Of a stretch of DNA of 39,586 bases, positions 7,411-17,600 are shown piece after piece. The notes under the pieces are model-generated. The model did no database searches. It was not told the DNA's origin and worked only from the letters and a program-made list of their open reading frames with translations. The position numbers and the translations under genes were made by a program. The stretch's first letter is position 1; every line of letters begins with the position of its first letter. Origin of the DNA: Candidatus Uhrbacteria bacterium (GTDB lineage: Bacteria > Patescibacteriota > Patescibacteriia > UBA9934 > GWF2-40-263); contig JACQSJ010000024.1 of NCBI GenBank assembly GCA_016205995.1, forward strand, positions 1 to 39,586, written 5' to 3'.

Positions 7411-7446
7411 GGAACATAATTTTCACGATCGAAAAAAGATTGTTCC
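7411..7446. repeat. 36-bp imperfect palindrome, copy 3
   Basis: Identical to copy 2. It lies in the divergent intergenic region between the HExxH gene and the lipoprotein gene. Confidence 0.92.
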
Positions 7447-7538
7447 TTGGAAACTTTTACTTTGATCATGTAGATCATGTTTAAGCCAGAAGATTCGAAA
7501 AGTGGGCGTTCGATCGAAAGGACAACGTTTCGGCCGGA

Positions 7539-7559
7539 AACTATCCACATCTCACCCAC
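7539..7559 (+). promoter_or_regulatory. Conserved 21-bp box AACTATCCACATCTCACCCAC
   Basis: Second copy of the 6080-6100 box, 49 nt upstream of the TTGACA at 7609. An ACTGATTTT word is shared in the spacer of both loci. Confidence 0.6.
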
Positions 7560-7608
7560 AGGATTTGTCAAAAATAACTGATTTTGACTGGCTTTAAAGG
7601 CAAAGGGG

Positions 7609-7637
7609 TTGACAAAATGCCAAAAATACGGTCAAAT
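7609..7637 (+). promoter_or_regulatory. Sigma70-like promoter of the lipoprotein gene
   Basis: TTGACA (7609-7614), a 17-nt spacer, then TCAAAT (7632-7637). The roughly 95-nt leader contains a GCGCC-GAAA-GGCGC hairpin. Confidence 0.45.
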
Positions 7638-7734
7638 GGAAGCAGAAAGTAGTTCCTTGCGCCGAAAGGCGCGTCCCCAAAAACCCAACCCGCTCCCGCA
7701 TCGAAATGCGGAACGGGGCACAAAGAGGTGAATC

Positions 7735-8379
7735 ATGACCCGCTTCCTGCTGGCCATCCTCCTCCTGCCCCTCGCCTTCGCGGCGGGGTGCGTGGAGCCC
7801 ACCTGCGACGGCGCCGAGTGCGTCGAAGACCCCGCCTGCACCGACTGCGGCGGGGACGACGACGACAGCGTCGACGTCTTCAACGGAGCGACCCTCCGCA
7901 ACATCGCGCCGTACGGGTGGATCGGGAGCACCAATCTCGCCCTCGTGGACGAGTTCCCGGACACCGTCTGCGAAGACGTCAACGTGTGCGACTACCCCGT
8001 CGAGGAGACGGGGAACTACTTCGTCGCCACCTTCGGGGAGACCTTCATCTGCGTCCCGCAGACGCAGCTCGTCACCGAGTCCGACGACGGCAACGTCGTC
8101 AGCGTCGACGACGCGTGGACGGGTGAGGGCGTCTGCGGCCTGGCTCCCAACGGGGAGTACAGTGGCTGGGATGTCGACACCGACATCGGCTCGCTCAATG
8201 GGTTCGACCAGGTGTGGATCACGGTCGACAACTACATGGCGGTCATCACGGGTTCCGATTTCTTCTACGAGGACGACGAGTACCTCCTGGAAGGATGGGT
8301 CTCCGATGACCTGAACGAGGTCTACTTCCACCGCGTCCTTGAGACCGGTGAGTACGAACAGACCATCTACCTGGAGTGA
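7735..8379 (+). CDS. Acidic Cys-rich lipoprotein (hypothetical)
   Basis: 214 aa. SD GAGGTG. Signal peptide with lipobox LAFAAGC. Eight further Cys and a D/E-rich composition like the giant protein. Preferred over the antisense ORF 7594..8391 because of the promoter, SD, lipobox and downstream terminator. Confidence 0.7.
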   Translation: MTRFLLAILLLPLAFAAGCVEPTCDGAECVEDPACTDCGGDDDDSVDVFNGATLRNIAPYGWIGSTNLALVDEFPDTVCEDVNVCDYPVEETGNYFVATFGETFICVPQTQLVTESDDGNVVSVDDAWTGEGVCGLAPNGEYSGWDVDTDIGSLNGFDQVWITVDNYMAVITGSDFFYEDDEYLLEGWVSDDLNEVYFHRVLETGEYEQTIYLE

Positions 8380-8445
8380 CGAACTCCTCAACCGTCTTCG
8401 GACGACCCCGTCCTCCGCTGCTACGCAGCTACGGAGGGCAAGCGC

Positions 8446-8480
8446 GCGACTCTCTCACACAGAGTCGCTATTTATTTTCT
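8446..8480 (+). terminator. Intrinsic terminator
   Basis: GCGACTCT-ctcacac-AGAGTCGC followed by TATTTATTTT. It is preceded by a second GC hairpin at 8412-8437. Confidence 0.6.
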
Positions 8481-8496
8481 CGAAATCCCTTCGTCT

Positions 8497-8577
8497 GTGT
8501 CATTGCGAGGGAGCGAAGCGACCGAAGCAATCCGATCCGAAAGAGATTGCTTCGGCCTTCGGCCTCGCAATGACACA
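8497..8577. repeat. 81-bp long imperfect inverted repeat (CATTGCGAG...CTCGCAATG hairpin)
   Basis: TGTGTCATTGCGAGG (8497-8511) pairs with CCTCGCAATGACACA (8563-8577). An inner stem pairs GAAGCAATC (8524-8532) with GATTGCTTC (8545-8553). Confidence 0.85.
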
Positions 8578-8604
8578 ACACAAATAACACATGGATGACT
8601 ATTC

Positions 8605-8635
8605 AAAAAACGAGCCTCACAGAAGCTCGTCTTTT
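8605..8635 (-). terminator. Intrinsic terminator of the giant gene
   Basis: Minus strand: GACGAGC-loop-GCTCGT followed by TTTTTT. Confidence 0.65.
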
Positions 8636-8642
8636 GGTTTGC

Positions 8643-11600
8643 TTACTCAGCCAGGATGTACACCGCTCCATCGTAATTGATCCATGGATTCACAATTCCA
8701 CCACCATTATCATCGCAGGAACTGCTCGAACTATTTTCGGAAGGACAATTCTCAATATCACACTCATCCTGGTCAGCACCCGTCTCATAATCAGTTACCC
8801 CTGTATAACACCCATCCGTCCCATCACTATCAGGTCCTGAATCACAGGTCCCCGTACACCATCCCCAGTTGTCCATCACGTGCACGCGGGGTTGGAAGAC
8901 ACAGGACTGGCCGTCGTAACAGGGCGAGTTGATCAGCCGGCCGTCTTCGTCAAATGTGCACTCCCGCTCCACGCCGGCGGCGATCAGTTGTTCCAGACGT
9001 CCCGTTGTGCAGACGTAATCATGCGTGAACGCCACATAGCTACTGCTGCAGGCCTGGGTGTACTGGCCAAACTCATCTGCATCATCGCTGCACTGCTGTG
9101 TATCCGAGGTCGGACTCAAGCCGCGGTAGTTCTTGTAGAAGTTATCTGGGGTAATGGATCCGCTTTGGCTCCCTGATGGCCAGGGGATATCTCCGGTGAT
9201 GGAGGCAAAGTCATCCCCCCAGTCGACGATGATGCGACGGATCGGCATCTGATCGGAGTCGGCATAGGTATAGAAACTGACGGTCACGCGCTTGGCGCCT
9301 TCCCCTTCCACCGTCCCGCTGTCCACCTCATTGACGGAAAACTTTCCCGTGCTCCCTTCGTAGCAGGACGTCCCCTCGCACTCCCCAACCGAGAGAACGA
9401 CGGGCACGTGATTCTCTGCATCCTCTCTGACTCCCCGCGTGTCCCAATCCCACTCACCGTATACGGTTGAGAAAGGGACATAGTTCTCTTCGTTGAAAAG
9501 CGTGAACTCTCCCGTAATTCCCTCTCCCTCAAACATCGAATCTAGGTCAGCCGTACGAATATTCGTATACCCATCACTAAACTGAACGATACCGTAAATA
9601 GCACCAAACAGCTGCGAGAGGCGAGAACGAGCGCTTGCTATAGAGCCAATACTTTGAACGATCCCACTTGCAGATTCAGGTTCACTTGCACGGCAAGCAT
9701 AGACCGGAGGCAGATCCAGACAATCCTGCATAGATGCATTTGATTCACCCGAACAATTTCTGGTGTTTGTGCAAAAATTTGGTTCACACACGGCATCATT
9801 TGGATCATCCGTTCCACATTGATAACCGTTGTTTGGTCCACCCTGACAAGATCCAGCACAATATCCACCACCCGGAGCGCATGCGTCAGGCGCGTCCTCT
9901 TCCGGAATAGTACAGTCCGTCCCGTCAAAATCTCCTCCTACACACTCAAAGTTGCCGCATTCAATTGGATTTCCTCCGTCCGAATTGCACATTGCATCAC
10001 TGGGATCTCCGCTATCGTCACAACTGCACGTTGATGGATCCTCGCAGTAATCCTCATAAACCAGCGGAATGTCCGATGATTGGGAGATGCTCACATACGC
10101 TCTGGCGTCGAAATAGGAAGAACTTTCTATCTCTTCGGTACTAGCTGGAAAATCATCCACATCACATGACCCATCCGCGAGAGGAAGTTGTATAACATCG
10201 ACGTTTTCGACGTCCCGACACATCAAAATTCTATGAGGACCCGGGTCTGCCTGTGCATCCAAATCCAACCAATCGAGCGCACGTCCATATGGAATAATCG
10301 GGGTTGAATAAGAATAGCCTAGATGCTCTGTGTCGCCACCTGTCAGAGCAGGAAATGAAATTTGGTCCTCATATAACCTGTCCGTCCAAGCGGCGTTATA
10401 TGTGTTAAAGGCTTCATCTGATTCCAAGATGTTACTGGCGACTTGAACCGTCGTCAGGCAGGCAAAATAGGACTCGTAGCGCATGTCTAACCCTCTGTAT
10501 CCTTTTGTGCGAGTGCCATTTAACGTCAGAATTTCATCCATACCATCCACATATTCGAACTCATCATTGGAGGCAAACTCATAATATTCCGGAACGTTTT
10601 CCACAACCCCCTGTACCCAACAGTCATCATAGAACTCGTAAGCGGTTGCAAAATCATCAGGCTCCATGACGTAAATACTGATATCCGGAGTGAGGTTACT
10701 TGAAGCAAAATAATCATCAATGTCTCCGGGTGTTCTCACATAACCACTGCTGGAAGAAAACGCGGTGGGCCAACGTTGGGTTGGGATCTCACATTCCGTT
10801 CCGGCTGGGAATGTTTCATCATCAGCCACTTTGTAGGACCTTTTTGGCACACAGAAATACGGACAATCATCGTCGCCCACAAGAGCTGAACATTGTCCGG
10901 AATCTACGGGCACTCCCCCAACCTCAGCTTGGTCGCCACACCCTGTCATGACGGCAAAATACCCTTCCGGACAAAATACCGCAGCAATACAATCATCTTC
11001 GGCTTGTGGATTGTTCAAGGCAGGATTAAGTGGCTCATCTGATCCAACCGCATCCGCTTCGTCTCTAAAGTTCGCCCAGGAACCATAATTGCATTGGTTG
11101 TCCTGCACCTCGGCGCAGGCAATCGAAGATGTTTGAATGTTATAGGCTGTTCCAACCTCCGCGCAGTAATACGTATTCTGAGGCGCGTACCCGGCAGACG
11201 TGTACTTCCCATACAGGTCGGTGGCACCCGTAAGTTGGTCCACAGGAAGCCACGTGAGACATGCCTGGTCTTCATTGGCTGTCGATCCCATGGTCTGGAT
11301 CGATGTGTCTCTTTCAATACAGTAACCCGACCAGCCGTAAATAGAATCGACACGGGTCAAGAACGTACAGATCCCCGATTGGTCCTCAGAAGAAGTGGCT
11401 AAGGTACAGTCATCGTTGTCAGTGCACGGAATCCCGGAAACAGGCCCACCCGAACAAATGCCATCCGGAACGTCGTCCGGATTTGAAGCCAAGCTAAAGT
11501 ACCGATATCCTGTCCCCTGTCCGTATTTCGCCTTGTCATAGCTGCAGGAACAGTCGACGACATTGCCTTGTAGATCCAAAGCACAAACATTGGAATCTTG

Positions 11601-14600
11601 GAACCCGTTCACGAACCCGTACGGCAGAGCCGCTTGGCTTGATGGAGAAAGTACACCGGGATCCGGTAAGATGGATACGGGAGGCTCGCCATCGGCCTCA
11701 ATATCAGCTCCACTATACTCAATCCACGTCTCCACGATATCGGGCGAGTACGGCGAGTCAATCTCTGGATACGCGCGGCACTCTTCATCACGTGCCACGT
11801 CCACCTGCAACGGATCCGCATATCCATCCCCGTTGCGGTCAACAATGTCGGAGAGGCAGCGGTTGTTGAAGCAGGTTCCCACGCTCGACGACTCAACGGG
11901 GACACACGTACGCGTTGTGCTGTTGGTCACGCACGGATCGCGCGCGTCCTCGTCTGTCGTCAATTCATCCACACACACAAACTGAGCGGGATCGCAGACC
12001 GGAGTTGGAACGCTGGGTAGGGAACTTGAGGTCGCCGTCGTACAATCCGGGTTGGTTTGATCATTTGGATCATTGTTGTCGGGATTGCAGGTGCAATCCT
12101 CATTTCCACAATTCAGAGATCCCGTTGCCTGATAGTACCCGACAATACAATCTTCCTCTTCCGTACAGTCACTGTTGTCCGCACATGCTGTGCCGGTTTC
12201 CGAGCAATGACCAACGGTGCAGGATCCCCCGTTGCCGTCTCCGGCCTCGGTCGAGTCGCATGGCCCCGCGTTGTAGACCAGGCGGTAGTCTTGCTGAGTC
12301 GACGCCTCGCAATTGTAGAAACAGGTACCTGAGGCGGTATCGCATTGGGTGTACCCAGCACTCACACAGGCGGCATCAGAGGTACACGCCTGCCCGGTGT
12401 CAGAGGAACAATCCGTGTGCGTCGAGCAGACAATGGGGAAACCAAGGTCGTTGAGGACCGGCACGGCCTCAGGATTTTCAGGGGTGCCATCAGGATCATT
12501 ACAATAAGCCTCCGTCTCGACGTTGAACTGGTCGTAGAGCTCAACTGGCAACTGGTTGGGGATGGCGTTGCCCGAGTACTCATAACCGCTCCAGCTCACG
12601 TCGCGCAGGGAATACTGGTACGCCGAGAGAATCGTGGGGTCGGACTCGTCCCACGCCGAGCAGATGGCTCGATCACCCTGCTGTTGGCCGTCCACGCACA
12701 AATTGATCGAATCACAAATGGTGTCGTACTTGTTGGTGCTGGTGTTCCAACTGGTGCGCGAGCTCTCACAGGCCAGCCAGGACGCACAGGATCGGTCGCG
12801 ATTCACCTTGATGACCTCGTTGCTGTCGTCTTCTAGAGAAAAAATCGAAGAGACATTTGAACATGTTCCTGAAACCTCTTCCCCGTTGTATGTTGGAAGA
12901 GTGGCACAATCAGAATCAACAAAACAGGAGGCATCATAGACGGGGTTGGAGAAGGAGGAAGCAACTCCAGTATCCGAACTGGATGTGGTGAGCGAGTCGC
13001 CGATTTGGAGTTGGTATAAGCAACGTCGGGCGCACAAATCCACCGTCGTGCCGGTCCCGGCCACGGCCGCGTTCGCACTGGAGATCGTAAACTCGCCTCC
13101 GCCTTCCGTCGTACAGCTCACCGGATCCACTAAGGCATCCTCCTCTTTTCCGTAGAATACGTCGGCGTGTCTGGAGAGGATGTAGCTTGCACTCGCGTTG
13201 TAGGTAAGTTCTGAAACAGTCGTGTTGTTAAAAACCGCGCATCCAAACTTCTGGCTCACCTGGCCGTTACAGCGCTGGCTGTCCGTGAGCGTCTCCTCGT
13301 TCAAAAGCTCATCGTTGGTAAAGTAGTAGGACTGACCTTCCTCATTGAGGCCGCCGCCGGTATCCACGACGTCGATAAACTCGGTACACAGATCATACTT
13401 ACGCTCGCAGGCAGCGACCCAGCCGTCGTAGTAGTCCCACGCATCACCATCTCCATCGTCTTCGTCTCCATTGTTCCACACGCCAAACTCCTCGCCCGCG
13501 ATCAAGTACGCTTCGTCCTGGTCACGGTCATAACTGCCATCATTGTCGATGTCCTCCCAATAACACGGCTCGTTCGTGCCGGATCGGAACCACCCAAAGT
13601 ACGAGCGGTTCTCCATGGTCACGCTCGTCTTGTATTCACACTCCTTGTCCAGCGGATCCTTAAAGTAGAAATTCCCGTCCTGTGTTGATTCCCACTCCTC
13701 GCAGAACAGCGCTTCGTTGTCGCACAGGAGCGTGCCGTAATCCGCAGGGAGGTTTATGTAGTAGACCGACTCGAAACTTTCGACCTCGCTTTGATCCTGG
13801 GTATACGTCGGCGAACCAAACTCCTGACATCCCATGGCGCTTGAGGTGCACGCATACCGGTCGTCTTCAACGATGTACACCGGCGTGTCCCCGGAAATCA
13901 CGACCGTCTCTGGGCCGTACACGACGGCATAGCGCTCGGTCGCACTCACTGTTTCTACTGGTAGGACGCCGCCAAACGCCTGGTTGGCGTCAAAGACACA
14001 GTAGCCCTGACCGGCGATGATGGTGCAGTACTCCACCCCGTCGATTTCGCAGGCCACGTTGCTTGTCCGCACGTCGCCGTCGGTGAAGTCCAAGTCATTG
14101 GAGTACACGCAGCGGGCGTTGTACACCTGCGTGTAGGGCGATTCCGAATTGGCCGTCTGGTAGAACCCCTCACAACCCACCACCTCTTCTGAACACAGGT
14201 CAGAGAATTGGTAGAGGTCGACGTCGTTGCCGTTGTGGTCGGTGTAGGCCTCGCAGCCAAGATAGAACTGGGGCGAGTCCACCGCCTGCGGCGTCTGGTC
14301 GCAGGTACTGGGCACCACCCAGGAATCCTTGATGATGGTGATGTTCTCCTCGACCTGTTTGAGGGTCACGTTGTCCAGGTAGAATTCCGCGTCCGCACCC
14401 GTGGCAAAGCGCAGGACCGCGTTCTCGTCGAAGTCATCGTAGGCAGAGGTGTCGATGGGACCCAACGAGTAGAGCTGCCAGGCTCCCGAGAGTGTGAGGT
14501 CGTCGGGGATAAGTGGATCATTTTGCGGGTCAACGAAATTACGTGAGGATCCGGCTCCGCCTTCTTCCTCGAACGTTACCGCAAGACTGCCAGACCCCTT

Positions 14601-17600
14601 GGCCCAAAACTCCAGCACAAACGTCTTGCCAGCGACCAAGTCGTCCGTGAGCGCACCGCAACTTCCTTCCCCGTCCAAAACCGTACAGTCCTCGTCCTCT
14701 GAACCATCGCCGTCGATGTCATTGGTCACATCACATCCGCCAGTCCCTACCACTCCGGTACAGCTGGTTGGGTCGTCTTCATCGTAGGTGTCTATATTCG
14801 AAGGACCCAAATACACCTGAACGGTATCTATTCCTGCCGTGCCACCGGAGGGAGCCAAGACGTACAGCGAGTGTCCTTCTGTGGCGACCGACTCATTGCT
14901 GATGGCGATCTCATCGGGGAACGAGCTCAAGTCGGCCATGGCAAAGTCCTCATAGGTGCCACCCTCAAAGGTTTCCGAGAGAATCGTCGTCGCGTTGCGA
15001 CCCGCCCCTCCCGTGTAGGCGCGACACCCGTTTTGCTCAGCCGGACATTCCACACTCTCTTCTGGTAGGACGTAGTAGCGACAGAATCCTTGATCGGTCC
15101 AGTAGCCGCCGCTTCCTTCCTGAACTCCAAATGTCGCTATAGGACAATCGGAAGACACATTCCCTTGGCAATCGCAAGCGGTGCTTTCATCCTTTCGGTA
15201 CGCCGCGCACTCGTCAGATATCGAAATCGTGTCCGAGTACTGGCGGTAGTGGATGTTGCCTTCTGTGTCGAAAAACTCACGGCAGTCGGGGTTTCCAAAA
15301 ATGTCGTCGTGCTCATCGCACGCCTCGTTCGCCCAGACGTCATCTTGCATGGCCGAGTTGCTATCGCCACAGACCACCTCGTTCTCGGAATTCATCTGAA
15401 TGTGGGTGCAGGGGGCAAGCTCCGGATCCGTCTCTTCAAACGGAGTACATCCGAGTGGCGGTTCGAGTGACGGTGTGCAGCTATCAAACGTATCCGTCGC
15501 CCCGCCGTAATTGGACTGGAGCAGTGACCAGGTCTGGAGTTGGTACCCCTCGTTGTCCGATCCCTCCCACGTGAAGTACGTCGCTGGCGTCTTGTTCGTG
15601 GCGGTCGCGTCGGCGATGTCGGGGCTCAAACAGAACCGGAGGTCGGTGTAATACTCAATCCCCTCCCCGCCCGCTTCCACGCTCCCGAGGTTTGTATACG
15701 AGTCACATCCGACAAATTGCTCCGAGCAGGTACTGGCGCTGTCGGCGATAAAGTAGAGCGGGAACGATTGGCTTTCAAAATCCGTGGCTTCCTGCTTGTA
15801 AGTCGCATACCCCACGCACTCGCTTGGACACGCGTCAAGCTCAGAGATGATGGCTGGCACGCTTGGATCCCCGTCTTCTGGGGCGTACAAGCTACAGCCG
15901 ACTTCCTGCGCAGAGCACACTTGTGCGTAGGAATCACAGGCCTCTGGATCTGTGGGCTTCCCGGTGCATCCCAAATAGCTGGGCGCGATTTGGTAATAGA
16001 CCTCCGAGGGCGAACCACTATAGCCTTCGGCAAAGATATTCGCGTCCTCACCCAGCTCAAGCTGAAGTGCATCCACAAACAGGTTGCCCGTTGCGTAGGT
16101 CGGCGTATTGGCGACCTCAACCAAAATCTGAACGGTATTCTCTGGCGTGGTCATGAGGCACTCGAAACGGTCAAAGTCATCGGTGCTAGGCGCCTCGATG
16201 ATCTCGTACCAGTCATTGACCGCGTCCCATGTGCAATCGCCCGAGAACGACGTCCCGGCCGCGTCCAAGGGGACTCCGTCCGCATCCAAGAATGAAATTT
16301 GGACAAGCACCTCATCCCCGGAGGTCTGTGCCTGAAAGTAGCCACTGAACGTATAAAAATTATGCTCCGCCGCCTGTACGATCTGAGAGACATAATTGGA
16401 GTTGCCTGGAGTCAGGCGCAAGGACGTTGAACCAAATGCTGAAGTCGATGTGTCAAGGAATATGGAACTGGAATCTATCGGTGTCCAGCCATCGGGAGTC
16501 CCATCGCTGTCTTCGTCCTCTTCAAACGACGGATTTTGGACGGTGTTGAGGTACACGCCCTGCTCAAATGGGTAGAGCTGGGTGCAGCCGACATCGCCTT
16601 CGCTGCACGACGTCGCGTTGTTGGTGAGATATAAACGATCCTCGTAGGCGTATTGCTCGTAGGTGTAGGTTTCGCCAGACGTATAGATGTAGGCGCCACG
16701 CCCGGCCGTCTCCCATGCGGTGCCATTCCACGTGGGCGCGTTCACATCCGCATCGCGCTCTGCCAAGACGTAATCGTCCCCGGTGGCAAGCCACTCGTAG
16801 GTATCGTCAGCAGGATCTTCGGTCCCCGCGTCTTCCAGGTACTTGCCGGTGCGGTACCAGCGGCAACCGGCATTGTCCTGGTCGCAAACGCTGTAATTGA
16901 CTGTGCTCACCAAGAAATCTCCCGTATCCCCCGTTTCCGTATTTGTGAAAGAAAGGCAGGTGGCATACTCCTGTGGGCACTCATTGCCACGGAACCGCCA
17001 CACATTTTTCTCTTGCACGCAGTAGCCATACCCGTCCACGCAGTTCCCGTCGTTGTCTTCCCCGATACAGCTGGGGGCATCAACGCAGGAGGTGTTGCGC
17101 CCGGGAGAAAGCGTAGAAATGCGAATCTCCCCGTTTCCCACGGCGCGACACTCAGTCTGGGGATACTTCAACACCCAGTTGGGGTCGATCAGGTGGCACC
17201 ACTTGTTGTTGGAATCCGCAGCGCCCGCAGGGCCGATCGTGCCGTTCTCTGTGCAATCGTTAAAGCCGTCGATCACCTCCTGGAGCGTGGCGGGATTCGA
17301 CTCGCTGTTGCGCTGCGCCGCCAGTTCCCACCCAATGGGGAGCACGCGCGCCTTGCGCAGCTTCACAAGGTTCCCGTAGCAGTAGCCATATGTATGGCAG
17401 AACGGATCTTGGTTGGCTGCTTCGTTGTCCGGCGGGATGAGCGGCCAGTTGGCGTTTAAGAGACCTTCATCGATCGCCTCTTGCACGGTGAGGGGAACGC
17501 CGGCGGTTCCACGATTCACCGCTGCTAAGAAGTTTACGTCCATCACGCAGTTATTGAGCCCACGGTTGATCGTCCCTTCCGCGGTACACACGACGAACTC

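Noticed and set aside
5484-7446. The 36-bp partially palindromic repeat next to a Cas2-like protein could be a CRISPR array.
   Set aside because: There are only three copies, separated by 522 and 1333 bp that contain full genes and promoters. One copy is inverted. There is no regular 26-72 bp spacer periodicity and no cas1 or effector genes in the window.
6080-7559. The CTATCCACA 9-mers in AT-rich intergenic DNA could be an oriC.
   Set aside because: There are only two near-consensus boxes, 1.4 kb apart. They are embedded in a longer conserved 21-mer at a fixed distance from promoters. I saw no dnaA or dnaN nearby, no cluster of boxes and no AT-rich 13-mer unwinding element. The idea survives only as a speculative note in a finding.
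7594-8391. A 265-aa minus-strand ORF lies antisense to the lipoprotein gene. The plus-strand ORF 6621..7316, antisense to the HExxH gene, is a similar case.
   Set aside because: The Val/Asp/Gly-rich mirror translations have no start context. The chosen strands have promoters, SD sequences, signal peptides and terminators.
15540-17459. Plus-strand ORFs of 251 and 268 aa lie inside the giant gene, along with many shorter ones throughout 8643-18761.
   Set aside because: These are antisense shadow ORFs of a long codon-biased gene. Their translations are Arg/Gly/Val-rich with no recognisable features.
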